The notes beneath the pieces are model-generated. The model searched no databases. It was given only the letters and a program-made list of their open reading frames with translations, and was not told the origin of the DNA. Positions 25,090 to 39,050 of a stretch of 64,000 bases of DNA are shown one piece after another. The stretch is from Paragordius varius (lineage: Eukaryota > Animalia > Nematomorpha), in contig OZ176056.1 of NCBI GenBank assembly GCA_964247055.1, positions 4,092,001 through 4,156,000 of the forward strand, written 5' to 3'. The translations under genes and the position numbers were made by a program. Every line of letters begins with the position of its first letter. Positions within the stretch are counted from its first letter, which is position 1.

Positions 25090-27853
25090 ACGGTTTATTT
25101 TTTAGATAGCATTCCAATATAAATTAAATATGTTAAATTTCAAATCACTGTTTTAAATATTTTTGATTATATCAGATTTTTAAGTTTCCTTTTTTATTGC
25201 TAAATTTTATAAATTTAATCTACCTGCTTAGTGTTTTATGTCATATATATAGGTTGATATAAACTATCGTAAAACATGGGACAAATATATTACAGAAGTG
25301 GAAATTTTGTACGAGGATCCAAAATTGCATTGTGAAATAATACGTTGGGTTACCCCATACCCTGTATATTTTTAATTTTACCTCTAGGAATTTTTCGTTA
25401 AAAGTTATATAGTTAATCTTTCTTATTTTCCCTTTTGCAATATTATATAATTTCAAATTTTAATTGTTTTAGTATCCAATGTATAGCAGAGAATATGTGT
25501 ATGTCAGAAGGCATCAGGTAATATATATATAAGATAACTTTAATATTTGTTTTTTATTATCTAATTGATTTTATAACGCAAGCAAAATTATGTGGCACTA
25601 ATAGATTTTTTAATGTCCGGCTTAATTTTTTAAATTGATAAGATTTGCTATTTTTAACCATCATTAATTAGTTTTTTACATCTTTGACTTTTTCCATAAA
25701 TTATTTACGCCCTTAAAAATTTAGTTTTTAATAATTATTCCTTAAATTTATTTCATATAAATTTAAAGTCAAGAAAAACGGAAAAACTTCAAGCCAATTT
25801 TTTTGAAGAGAAGCCTTATACTTTTTGAACCCTTATTTTATACAGCTTATATAATTAAAATTGTTTAATATTTAAAGGTTTATTAATGCAACATAAAACG
25901 ATAGGTTTTAATGAAATAAGCGAAGTTTTATTATACTTTTTTGTCTTTTAGTTTTTACGTTTTGTCCTTATAAATTTATATTTTACTCTATTATCTTTGC
26001 GCAGATTGATTACAAAAATAAAATGATTGGGGTCATGGCCAAAGCCATATCTAATCCACAATCCTTGAGGAAAAATAATGAAAATTTGATTACCGATAAA
26101 AATTCAATTTCTAATTCAAATGCTCACTCCAATGATAAAATGTCTAATAAAATTTATGAATCTAATCCAAACTATGTCAGAGTTACGCAATATACTTCGA
26201 ATCTTTTCATAAAACCTCACAATGATGATTTTGAAAAGGTTTTATACATTTATATATATACCATTTACAGTTCAAATTTACCCTTTAAAAATTAAAATCA
26301 CCCTTGAACAATTCAAATTCACCCTAAAATATAAATTATTTGTTTTTCAAATTCAAAAATTAACTTTATTTTAAAATATTTTGAAAATATGAAAATTTTT
26401 CTAAAATTAATAAAATGCATATAATAAAATATGTCCTAAAAATATATTTCTTATTAATAATGAGTTATTTTATCCCGAAAACACAATTTAGGGTGAATTT
26501 TAATTGTTCAAGGGTGAATTTGATTTGTTCAGAGGTGAATGTGAATATGGTATATATATACAGTATGCATTTTAATGGTTGCTTATTACACACTATAGTT
26601 GGGCAAAAACACAGTAGTGTATGGAAAAAACAACAAAATGTTGAATAAACAATTTTTTCCTTTCGTTTTTTCCATACACTTGCGAATTGCCCAACTATAG
26701 TGTGAAATAAGCAACCATTAAAATGCATACTGTATATATAATACATTTGATTATTTTTTAGTTTTTATATTGTTTGGGTATAAATTTTTTGCACAAAATA
26801 GCCTGGGTTCGATTTCGTTTTGGAATACTTTGATGATCCACAATGCTACTTCCCAAACACGTTACATAGTTGGTTCAATAAATCTGGTAGTTTATTTTTG
26901 TAAAACATTTTTATTCTTAAAAAATATCTTTTTCCATTCTTTCCTACAGCGATGTCATGTATAAGTAACTGGAAAATTTTATATTAATTATAATTTGAAT
27001 TTTAACTTCTTTTAGACTCACTATACAAAATCATATTTTTAATCAGTGTAAAATTGTCATTTTTTGGATTGTCCATCGGTAAAATCCCATAAAATTAAAT
27101 ATACGTAAAAAACAATTTTTTTATAATTTTGATTTCATTTTTACAGTTTATTTCGATTCGTTTCAGATTTAGTTTCTTGACTTAAATTAAATTTACACTT
27201 CCAAAAAACAAGGTTCTAACAAGAAGTATAATTTTTATATTATATTTTATCAATCACAACATTATTTGTCATTATTTTTTCATACAAATTTCAAGTTTTA
27301 TGACAAAAAACACTCCCAGCAGTTACCCGTTTATAAGAAAATAAATAGGTGATGAAGTATTTAAACAAATAATTTTTTTATTTTACTACAAAAAAACATA
27401 TATATATTGATGTCAGGTATTCAAGATTATATGGAACGATTACATGAGGCTTCACGCAATGTTCAATCCCACCAAGATGTTTTGCGGAATTTTATGCGTA
27501 ATAGGAGCATGGATTATACTGAAAATAGCGACGTTCAAACACCCTCCCACATTAATATGTCTTCTCTAACCAATAATTTCAATACTTTAACTATGCCAAA
27601 ATCTGTTTCAATGCAAAAGTTTGGTCCTGAGAACTCTGAACACAAAGAGATTGAATCGTCGAATGCCACATCCTTACCAAGAAAAAATGTGGAATTGATA
27701 GAAAGTACAACTAATAATAATCCCCCTATTTTAAATTCGAGTTCGGCGGCCCAGGCCTTGTTAATTAATGTGGCACAAAAAATTTCACAACAAAGTTTAC
27801 TGAGCTATATGGATGCCAACACACGATCTGAAACATCATTCATAGATAATTAA
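24568..27853 (+). CDS. STARD7: StAR-related lipid transfer protein 7-like (phosphatidylcholine-transfer START domain), 436 aa
   Basis: Exons 24568-24761, 24785-24939, 24963-25012, 25253-25363, 25473-25517, 26005-26238, 26802-26886, 27417-27853. Motifs FKDNITDEEFKQ, WETILNDTNLKIFRK, YKYKVYGTFSDIS, YRKTWDKYI, WVTPYPYPMYSREYVYVRR, YVRVTQY, GFDFVLEYFDDPQ, GIQDYMERLH. The basic/hydroxylated N-terminus resembles a mitochondrial transit peptide, which favours STARD7 over PCTP. Confidence 0.92.
24762..24784 (+). other. 23-nt GT-AG intron (STARD7 intron 1, phase 2)
   Basis: GTATTTTATATATTTAATCTAAG. The unspliced frame stops at TAA 24781-24783; removal restores the frame into the START domain. Confidence 0.75.
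24940..24962 (+). other. 23-nt GT-AG intron (STARD7 intron 2, phase 1)
   Basis: GTTTAAATTTACATTATACATAG. Removal gives the contiguous conserved motif YKYK-V-YGTFSD; retention gives a stop and a frameshift. Confidence 0.9.
26257..26554. mobile_element. MITE family B, copy 2 (in STARD7 intron 6)
   Basis: tataccatttacagttcaaatttaccc ... gggtgaattt ... atggtata; same core as copy 1. Confidence 0.85.
26561..26732. mobile_element. Tc1/mariner-type MITE (family C) with TA TSD
   Basis: Near-perfect about 45-bp TIRs cagtatgcattttaatggttgcttattacacactatagttgggcaa / ttgcccaactatagtgtgaaataagcaaccattaaaatgcatactg, flanked by TA. Confidence 0.9.
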
Positions 27854-28392
27854 CTGATTAATTAATTTGTTGATTATTTCTTGTTCTGATATATGCATGC
27901 CATGTGTGATAATCAAAATTTTTACCCGATATATGTTAACACGTTACTTTGTGATGACAATCAACAATTATGCTAATCTACTCTATAAAATTAAACTATG
28001 CATTTCCTCTCCCCTAGTCTATCTATCCATCTCACCCTAGAAAATTTGAAATTTATAATTCCTTTCGTTAAACTTTTTTTTTGATAAAGTGTTGTAGTTT
28101 GACTAAAGGACACATTAATGTTTTGAATTACGAAATTTTGTTGTAATATAGAAATGCAATAACCTAAATAAATATAATTATAATGATATTTTTGCTTGTT
28201 TAATTTGTTTCATAGGATAATCAGTGGTTGGTTATGTTTAAATTAGTTATGTTTTATTGTTGATTATTGATCAATTTGAGTTTATAGCAATTAAATCCTA
28301 AAAAATAAAATATATTTTTTATGACATTTGAGTTTTCCGTTTTTAGAGTTTAAATATAAAAGATCAAAATTTTTAAAAACATAAATAATTAC

Positions 28393-29093
28393 TAATAACA
28401 GTTGTTAAATCCGTATAATAATGATAAACTAAAATTAAATAGATTGAAAATTATATTTATAAATTGGAATTATAAATGATCTGTGAAACCCTTTCGTCAA
28501 TAGTAATCGCAGACTAGTTTCGTTCTTGTTAGCACTCATCAGTACGACACAACTATTTGACTTGGAATTTTCACATATCAATTTCGTATATATATGCATA
28601 TGTAGATATGTATCCAACAGTGCAATTTTGGTATAAATGCAGTCGTTTATACGAATTTAAATTTAATTGACACATTTTAGAGTAAAGCTACTTAGGGATT
28701 TCATAGAATTCAATTTAATAACTAAGCAGCACTCTGTTACGTTAAGAAACTTAAGATAGAGTTGACATTATAAAGGTAAATGACGAATTGATAATATTTT
28801 GTAATAACAGTTGTTTAATCCGTAAAATTTAATTTAAATTCATATAGCCAACTGCTTTATACCAAAACTGCAAAGTTGGATAGATATGCGAAATGGATAT
28901 GTAAAAATCCCAAGTAGTCAAATAGTTGTGTCCTACTGATGACTGCTAACATGCACGAAACTAGTCTGCGATTACTATTGACGAACGGTTTCCCATATCA
29001 TTTATAATTTCAGTTCATAAATATAATTTTCAATTAATTTTTTATTTAATTTTCGTTTATCATTTATCTTGCGGATTTAACAAACTGTTATTA
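28393..29093. repeat. Long imperfect inverted repeat (about 250-bp arms), foldback/MITE-like
   Basis: Arm 28393-28650 (taataacagttgttaaatccg...gtaatcgcagactagtttcg...acaactatttgact) is the reverse complement of 28845-29093. Confidence 0.85.
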
Positions 29094-29384
29094 CAAAACA
29101 TTATCAATCTGTCATTTACCTTTATAAATAGTTACTATTATTAATTAATATAATTTAATTAGCCAAAAGTTATAAAATCAAAATAATTACCTTTCGTATT
29201 TACAATTTACTCTTTTTTAGTTGATAGAAACGTTGAAATTTTATTAATATAATATGCTTTATTGATAGAGCCTTAATCCTCGATAACCTACCAAAAACCC
29301 AAATAATTATATTCAAAAAAATTTATTAATATACATAATATTTTACAGAATAATAATTTCTATATATCATCAAATATTTTCGTA

Positions 29385-32300
29385 TTAAACAATATCTAAT
29401 ATGGTATCTAACCGACTTTTTGGTAATACGCCCTTCGTTTGTGCACCATTAAATAATGCACCATTATTATTATTGTTTTTGTTTTTTAAACTATATCGGG
29501 TGGATTTTGCCCCATTTTTCGGGGGTACATTTGATGTTGATTGTCTTTTCTTAAAATTGGTTTCTTGAGATTTTATCGTGGCAGTATTAGGAGTTATAGA
29601 TACTGATTTAGCTTTAGTAAACTGACTTTTTCTTCCACCCCCTCCTCGGACAGAAGGAGGGCCAGGTACGGTTTTATCGGGTATTTTTATCGATGCTTTT
29701 TTTACCGGTGTTGCATTTATATCAGTGTTGGCTAATTTTGATTCAGGCATATTATCGCTTTTCTTCAAAGAACTTATACTGTGCCGCAAATTTTCTAATC
29801 TTAATTTCATGTCCGCGTCACTGTCATTGCTTGATAATTCGGAACTTTGTGGACCTTGATTATTGGTTTTAGATATTATACTGTTTGGATTTTCTACAAA
29901 TTACGAATGTTTTTATTTGTATCGCACAATCGCTTTTAATAGCAAGGTGTTTTTTTATAAAGCATAATTCAGAATCATGAAAGTAAGAGTTAACCTAGGG
30001 TTTTCGTAAGCCGACTCAAGAATTCTAATTTAAATGACTTGTCTCAAAATAAATTGGAAAGTTTTGATCCATCATTTGTGATTTCAAAAGTTTTCAAAAC
30101 TTATAACACAAAAAGTAGGAAAAAATATGGTGGTTTCGAGTCAGCTTATACACATTAGCCTGCTCAAAAGCTTTTTTACAATGCCTTTAGAAATAAACCA
30201 AAAGTTATTAGTTTTTTAACAAAGAATTAAATTGAATTTAAATTGGGATTAAAATTCGTTAATTATACCATCTTTTTTGCTGCCGTTGGTTTCATTTGAC
30301 TCAGATTGTGAATATTTATTGTAGGGATCGTTTAAGCCCCTAAATACATATAAATGTATAAAATTTCTTTAAATCCTTTCGTGAAATTTATCACTTCTTT
30401 TTTAAGTGCTATATATTCCCAGTATAAATTGAAATATAACGAACAAAACTTACGTAAATAAAGACAAAATTTTTTCAAAGAACATTACTTTTTCAAATAA
30501 AAAAAAACCTCATTGTTTTAAATTGCAGAGTATTAAATAGGTATAATGGTAACAAAATCAATTTTATATTTTACAATCGTAATTAAATATCGAAAAAAAT
30601 TTAGGGTCACAAAGTATGGCTTTTGTCTTTATATTTTTACGTTTTGTTTGTATAATTTCATTTTTTACTGTAAAATTAAATAAATTACGTGGTTTGGATT
30701 TGTGCTGAAGACCTTCCTTCTCTCTCTGCCCTAAGAATTTGGGTCAAATTATCATTGTATACCCTATTATCAACCATAATATTTTCATCGTCATTATTAG
30801 ACTTGGTATAAGTTAACTCATTATTTTTATCGTTTGAGGCAGATTTAGAATGTGTTAAATTTTGTCGCATATTTGATTTGTCCACCACGGATTTATTGGT
30901 GTCACTACTATTTTTACTTGAAGCATTGGATTTATTTGGGCTTGATACAGTTGTTTCTCCACCCGATGATCCATTGCTGTGTACAGAAGAAACCTGCTTT
31001 TGTAACAAAGGCCTTTTCCCTACGTTAAAGGCTTGGTCAGTATTTTGGCTGTTGTAGGCTGTTTTTGGGTTCCTACTTACGTTTGACGGCCCATTTTTAT
31101 CTATGATTATAGATTTAGCCGGTGAGGATTCAGAATCATGAAATGAACCCGAAAATGAGGACATTGAATTTTTGGATAAGATAGATATTGAATTGGGGCT
31201 GGTTGGTTTTTTTTCAACCCTCTCCCTCAATGAATGTGCATTAGCTTGATTGAGATGTGTTTCTAATAATTTTAATTTATATCATAAAATAAATTAGTAA
31301 TCAGTGAGGGTCAATTATCATTTTATATATGGTATGTAATAAAGATGTCAAAATATTGGATAACATTTACATAAAATTTGCACAAACATTATAAAAATAC
31401 AAACTTAAAACAATTCTTTTGACACAATGATATTTTTAACGCAAACTATGAATATTTACAGAAAGGCAATTATTTTTCATAACAGTATATGTCAAACTTT
31501 TTTGTGATTATATATAACCTTTCGGTATTTTATTGTCATTTTCATGATTAAAGGTGCTGGCTTGATGGCCAACAGAATTTGTACTAGATTTTGAAATAGG
31601 CGATGATAAATTTACAGGATTATATAATGATGTTCCACCATTTTCGCCCTTGTGCCTTTCGGGAGAAGGCGGCTGTTTAGATTGATTTTCTTTGAGTTTT
31701 GCCGCTTCTTGTAACAAAGCTTCTTCATACTTTAGCGGTAATAAAGAGTCAATCGATTCATTATCACTTGTTGTGATTGAGGGGGATGACCTATGATGAC
31801 TTCCAATTAGCCTTTGAATTGCTTTTTGTTCTTTGGATGTAACCTTAGTTTTGTCTGTGTCATTATTCGAAGAAACATTTGTCGAATTTAACTTTAAATC
31901 CGATTTTGTAGTAAGAGAATCAGTTTTTGGTATTTGAGTTGAATGCGTAGACGAAGATATGGATAAAGTTTTCTCATACAAATCTTCCGGTTCAGGGCTG
32001 TGATGCACTGTAATTTGCAAAAAATCATATAGAAATTTCAATTTTTAATACATAGAGAATTATTTCAATATAAATTAAATTTATTTTAATGGAAGAAATA
32101 CCTTCTCTTTTTGATGATTTATAAAGGATAATGTAATATTGCATACAGCTCGTTTCTTAAATTATTAAAACCTTATTGATCATTCATTAAATTTTTGTAA
32201 TGAATGCTAATATAATTGCCGATTGATTTCAAATAGAATAATCAAATATTCCAATATAAGTTATAAATATCAATTACTTTTAACCGAAAAAACTGGTTAA

Positions 32301-35300
32301 AATGCGTTATTAATTACATGAATGGCGATCTGTTTTAACTATTAACGGTTCTTGAACCGGTTGTATTGATGAGGTTTTAAGTGGCTTAACTTCAGTTGCT
32401 GTTTCCGGCATATGTTTCTTTACTAATTTTTCATGATGTTCAAATAGCTTAAGGGAATCCAAAGAAGATTTGTCTGTATCAAGGTCTGAAGTATTGACCA
32501 ATTTTTGATCGTTTGTAATCTAAAAAATATAAATTGTTATTAAATATTTAAGTAAAGCAATGCAATGTTTTACAAATGTGAATATGCATCTTTAAAACAA
32601 TAAATACCTGTTGATTTATATTAGTTGTGGGTTTTGATGTTGAAGGACCATTTATATTGGTCAATTTTGTCACATTAGATAAATTTTGTTCGGACAAAGT
32701 CAAAGGAGGTAACTCCTTATTTATTACAAATTTATTTATAATACGTGGGGGACTAGGTGTTCTTTGTACTCTAGTGTCTATGCTATCATTATCGACTAAT
32801 ATAGAAGGATCAGTTTTATTTTCTGTGTAGATGATTGGAGAACTACGGACTGAATGCTCTTCAGGGACTGGACTTAGTTTCATTTCACCCAATTCGGGAA
32901 AATTTAGTTGGTGGGTTGTTGTGTTTATATCTGACTTTTCTTTACTGGTCGGGTATGAATAAATGTCTGTATTCCCATAAGATTTTGTTCGATTCCGTTG
33001 TTCAAGTTGAGTACTACCCATTATTATATTAGTCATGGGAGCCGGTTCAGACATTTTTTTTCTCCTCTCCCCAATAAATTTGTTGCGATTTGTTTCGTAT
33101 TCACTTTGGATTTGATTTAGCATACGGGCTCGACGTATAGACTCAGGTCCATATTTAGGCACACCGTTTCGCTGTTCATTGGTATTCATACTTATTTCTC
33201 CAATTTCTTCTTTCCCAGAATAAAGGGTATTGTCTGGCCCGATGTTTTCTGGCAATAAACCCAATTCTTTATCTGTTATAGTATTAAGGGCAGGAATATC
33301 ATTTGAAGGAATCAATGTCATAGGACTAATTTGATTGAAGGCGGGTGTAGTTCTCTTTTCAATCAGCTGTTTGAGTTCTTTTTCACGCCTATCAACAAAG
33401 GAAAAAAGGACTGAGATAGACCGATCAATGATTCCATACAATTCAGAGCGTAAATTTTCACAATTTTCGCGTAGACTTGCAGTGCTTAAATTTTTCATTA
33501 TTGTGCTGCCTCCATCTATATTTAAGAAATTAAGACATGATACAGAAATCTCAATTATACAAACAAAACCTAAAAACTAAAAGACTAAATTTTTTTTGTA
33601 AACACAGCCATAATTTTTTAAACCATGATTTTTATAAAGAAGCTTTATGGTTGGAATATACAGTGTAATGCCAAGTTACATCTCCGATTCTTATTTTAAA
33701 ATCACACGATGAACTTTAAAAAACTAATGTTTAAAATACGTGATTGATTGTCTTTTTTAAAAAAAAATTTAGTTTTCACATTTCGTCTGTATAATTATTA
33801 TATTTACTGTAATATATATAATTGTTTTTAGATTAGTTTAAATACATTTTATTTACTTTTCTGTCCGTTGCCGTTTGATGTTGCAGGATTTTGTTTATTA
33901 ATAAAATTAACCGATTGATAATTGCGAGAATAGGTCGGTATTTCGTGCATACCTACACATAAATTTTTTTTTCATTGTTTCAAATATAAATATTATAAAA
34001 TTAAATAAAAAACAAAAAAAATCCAAAACTTTATATTTTACTCAAAAAATAGTTCTAAAGCTCTTTTGATTTTTTATATATAGATTAAATTTAAAATTAC
34101 CAGATGTCCCCGCATGTTGAGGAGACTGTGGAGGGATTGAACCCATATAAATTCCTGGACTAGGCATTTCACCTTCTTTCACATTTTGGGGAATGGGATA
34201 ATCGAATTGGCGAAATTCCGGTTTATTTGCGTTTATTTTTTGGATTGGTTCTGTCGGAGGTGAATTGATCACCAATGGTTTTTCAATCACACCTGCTCGC
34301 CCTTTAAGAAGTATGGACGATGGTGCAGTTGTTATAGGTTTAGTTTGTGAAGTAGGTGATATGTTTAGGGCTGATGCTAAAAAATTAATTATGCACAAAT
34401 TTTTTATAACTTTTCTAAAAATTAAATATGAACCAATTTTTTATTAACTAGACTAAAATGCAAATGGAATATGGATGGTAATAATGTTTAAAACACATAC
34501 TGGATGGTTTCGTCACCATGACAACGGGAGGCTCTCTCAAATCCTATCATTATAAAATATATGACACTTATATATACATATATATATTCTCATATCCACC
34601 TATTTAAAACTTTAAAACATTTTACACTACGAGCACTATTAAGGACTATATTTGTATTTAAAATCGTTAAATGGGATTTAATTTACAATTCAGTATCCAT
34701 GTATGAGATTTTTCATTATTATAAGTCAAATTTTAGAAAATTGTAGAAAAAAATACAGAATTCAATAAAATATGTAATTAGAAAATGAAAAATCTCATAC
34801 ATTTCAACACACATGCAGATCAAATACTCTTTAGCCATCAAAAATTCAGATATGGCGTACAATAGTGCTCGTGTCATGTTTTAATGCTTAAATGAAAAAA
34901 CATATGACTATAAAGTTATACCCTCCTTCTTCTACGCCGATAAATGTCCACTAAATTTGCCAAAAGAAATAACCCAAGAACGGATAGAAAGATCATTCCA
35001 CAAAAAGTTCCAATTATAATTCCAGCTATTATTCCACGTTGACGTCTTGTGTGAGATTTAGTTCGCCCCAAAACTCTGTAAACAGAGGCGTGCGAATTAT
35101 TCCAACCATGAAGTGGGCTATTAGCCGGTAAATATGGTTCTGACAGAGTTAAAACCCTACGCCCTTTATATATAAAATATATGATGTGCGCTTTCGTTTT
35201 TATAAAAAATTAAAAAATAATTTTTATCCTGAAATGTTATCATCCCATTTACACGTCAAATTCACCCTTGAACACTTCTAATTTACGCTAGAAAATGCGT

Positions 35301-38238
35301 ATTTTTGGGCAAACCTAACTCATTATTGATGTAATGTGTTTATAACTTCTAGTTTAAAATTTTTTCCTATATTATGTTAATATTAAACAAAATTGTATTT
35401 TTAACAATAGCAAAAAATAAAGTTAAAATTAATATTCCAAAATACATATTTTATTTTTAGGAATATGGAATGTTTAAGGGTAATGAAAGGTGAATTTAAA
35501 TTCGAAGGTGAGTTTTAGGTGTTAATGGTATATTTAATTACTTGAGCCTTTTAGGGAATATATTTTAATATAAATATATCTGGACAGAAAAGATTAAAAT
35601 TTAAATTTTAAAAACTTTATATTAATTAATACCTAGTATGGTGGAGGCCTCAGCGGTAGATATATAGGTTGGGCCTAATGTATTGATTACATCTTTAACG
35701 GGTATAACAGTACCGTTTTGCATGACATAATAATCCTAAGGGCCCATAAGGATTTTATCATCATAAAATATTTTTAATTAAATTAATTTAATAATTAGTT
35801 AGTAATTTAAATAAATTAAAAGGTTTAAAATAATAATTTTTTACAAATATAGTGATATTTTGTCCATCCGAACGGCTATTGAATTTAACACTGGCTAATT
35901 TTACACCATTTTCAGTTTCTGAAAGAGTATGATTATTTTCAATTAGTTCCGTATTTATTATCTGCCGTTTTTTCTTATAGGAAGGCATAGTTGTTAACTG
36001 GTTTAGTTGGTATGTTTCTCTTTGATGCGCCGTTTTATACATCGCATTAAATCTAGGCTCATATTGTGATATTAAAGTTTCTATGGCTAATTGTGTATCC
36101 AATGGATTGTTTTGGGTAACTACATACAAATGATTAGCATGAAATAAATAAGGATATATTAAATTAAAAATTAGTTAACTTAATGTTTTGCCACATAATT
36201 GAGGGTCAGATTTTAACATCTATTCACATGACTCTGTTAGTTACCGCATATAAATCACCAGTTAAAACTTTAAAGGTAATTTAATTTAAAAAGTTGTAAT
36301 ATACAATTTAAATTCAAATTTACCCTTGAAATTAAAATTCACCCTCAAATAAATTATGTGTTTTTTAAAATTAAAAATAACCGGTATTTTAATATATTTT
36401 TAAAAAATTTTGTTTTAAATTCATACTGAAAAAATAATAAACCATGCCTTAAGATATATTTTATATTAATAATAAGCTATATGAGTTCGAAAACACATAA
36501 TTTATTTTTTAAGGGTAAATTTGCATTGTTCAAGGGTGAATATGAACGGTTAATGGTATATCAAATATTTTTTGTTACAAATATATTCTAATTTTAAACG
36601 ATAATTTGGTTCAATTTTACAACATTATTATGTATTTATGGTAATAAATACTGTAAATATATTTTATTAGCTTCTCGACCGATTATTTTTATCGCTTAAA
36701 ATGTCAATCCCAATATAAATAAATTTTGGATTCCGTTATCTAAATGGTGCAAAAAATAGCAAAAAATTTTGTTTGAAAATAATTTTTGCAATTATTTAAT
36801 ATCCATATTAAATATGTATCAAATAAATTTTACCAAAAAAAACAAATATTAATTTATATTATATTCTTTAATCAAATTCTCAAAAACTAATAAAATTTTT
36901 AGAAAAAAGCATGCTGTTCAAGTTGCATATTATAAAACAAATTCCTTAAGATGGTGTTCTCTAGTGTATGAGTTACAATAAAAAATGACTTGTTCTAGCC
37001 CAATAAAGGACAGAAGGTATGTTTTGGGGCTGCTGAGTGATTGGTATAATATTCGTTTGAATAGTTGATGTAGGGACCTGGTTTATTAAGGGTATTATAA
37101 TTGGATTCGTAATTATTTCTACAGGCTTTGTGCTAATTTCAGTAACAAAATTGGACAATGTTATATTTAAAGTTGTATCGATTAAGGATGTTGTTGGTAA
37201 AGTAGAATTTAAGTTTAATGGTTGAGTTGATAGTTGGGTAATATTGGCCATATGAGTAAACTCACTAAAATTTGATGTACTATTTGAAATTAGAAACGCA
37301 TTTTTATCTATTGTCATATTGGATGAATTTTGCATTTTTGGGATAAAAACTTCATAGTTTGGTATGGTGAGATTCTCGTATATCTGAGTTCGAATATCAC
37401 CCACTTTTGTTTGAGGGTAAATCGCTACTTGCCGGATAATTTCAATTTCTTTGGGCAGTAAAGGATTGGAACTATTGTTGTCTCTAGACTTTAATGGCCA
37501 GGATGGTGTTGAAGTGGCCATAGACTCAATTATAAAATGTGTTTCAAACCCATGAGGTGTCTGCAACGTTGTCAAATTAGTACCATATATTTGAGGCTGA
37601 GAAGAGTTTATGGATAAAGACAACCCGGTTGCCAAATTCTTTGTATTCGTAAAATTTGCATTTGAAATTGTATGTGATTGATTTATTGCGGTGACGGAAC
37701 TGCCATCATTGATGGGTGGGAAAAAATTTAGCGATCCTTGAATGAATTGTTCAAATAGTGCAGCATTTCTGGACAAATTACTATTATCGATAGAGGTTAT
37801 ATTTTTAGGGTTGCTTGCATTTTTAAGGTTGCTACCAGGCAGGTCTTCACATTCAACCCGACCCCGATTTTGTTGTACATCATGAACTATTGTACATCTC
37901 CGTGGTTGACTGCCCTCTCGCCCAAAATTGTTATGATAGGTGCCGTCGCGTTTTGTTACATTTTTAAGGTTCGTTTTAACAGTTTTCCCTGCATTTAGCG
38001 GATTCAATTGTTTAAATTCGCGGTCCTTGTGGGTAATAGACGCAGGGAATATGACATTTGCATTACATTGAAAGGTTATCATCATCAAAAATAGATGGAT
38101 AAAAAATAATGACTTTATTATCGGTATTATGCGAAATTTACAATAAAAATTATTATTTGATTGTAAGATATTATGTGACAATGTGTCATCCAGAAAAGTA
38201 GGTAATGAAATTACGGTAATTTTGTTTTCTTTTTGCAT
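29385..38238 (-). CDS. 1646-aa type I single-pass membrane protein (mucin-like ectodomain, tentative KIAA1549/UPF0606-like juxtamembrane module, about 1000-aa disordered tail)
   Basis: Twelve exons (38238-36990, 36119-35845, 35735-35633, 35163-34922, 34543-34501, 34376-34101, 33515-32608, 32519-32318, 32007-31519, 31262-30689, 30339-30269, 29893-29385) splice with all phases compatible; 4941 nt. Hydrophobic N-terminal segment, many N-x-S/T sequons, KKKR site, TM IIAGIIIGTFCGMIFLSVLGLFLLANLV followed by YRRRRRR. The family assignment rests on remembered motif resemblance only. Confidence 0.85.
34629..34872. mobile_element. Short-TIR MITE in an intron of the membrane-protein gene
   Basis: TIRs acgagcactatt / aatagtgctcgt, plus internal inverted segments gtatgagatttttcatt / aatgaaaaatctcatac. 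Confidence 0.65.
35241..35532. mobile_element. MITE family B, copy 3 (degenerate, intronic)
   Basis: ccatttacacgtcaaattcacccttgaac ... aggtgaatttaaattc ... ttaatggtata. Confidence 0.7.
36300..36560. mobile_element. MITE family B, copy 4 (intronic)
   Basis: aatttacccttgaaattaaaattcaccctc ... caagggtgaatatgaacggttaatggtata; shared core aaataaattatgtg...gaaaacacataat. Confidence 0.75.
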
Positions 38239-39050
38239 AGCATTTGTAGGAGAAATGATATTTGTATCAAAGTTTATGATGAATGGCAGACATGGTTACC
38301 ACACATATTATTAAAAATGAAAAAAGGTCAAAGAGATTTGGCCATTTATTTAGCAGTATTAGATTTAAATATATGTTATAATAGATGGTATAAATATATC
38401 CAATTATATGGAATTGAAATTTAATATATTCCAAAAAGGTAAAAAATTTAAATTTATATTTGTTTAAAATGCTGGGTCAAAATCCCGTTTGTAATTATAT
38501 ATTTATGTTAAATAAATAAAAATAAAAATACAGGCAGTTATTGTTTTATTTCAGGGTTCCATGTTTTATATAAGGTGTGCGTATATAATTTTTTTCCAAT
38601 TTTTACACAGGTAATTTTATATAAACTATAAAAAATATTGATTTTTTGACAAACGACGCGCGCACCCCTAATATATATATATATATATAATTATATTAAT
38701 GTAACCTAAAAAAAAGCTAAATAGGGACAAATTTAAACAAAGTATATTAAGTAGATAATTATCAATATGAAACTCTCAGATCCTAGGTATGAGAAATTGC
38801 AGAAATTTTATCAATTGCCTGGTTTTTATTCCCATAATTTTTGAAGATATCAATAATTAAAATCATTAATGGGCATTAAGCTAGCTGGTCTTGGAGCATA
38901 TTTGATTTACATAAAAAGTACTAAATCGTTTGGGTATATTAATTAATAACATATGAAGGACATTCATAAAATATTTGGAATTAAGCCATATAAGCTAAAT
39001 AATGCAAAAAACAAAATGCGCCAAACAACCAATTATCATTAAGGCTAAAA

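Noticed and set aside
32627-34447. Plus-strand ORFs at 32627, 32835, 33335 and 34265
   Set aside because: They are antisense to exons of the membrane-protein gene.
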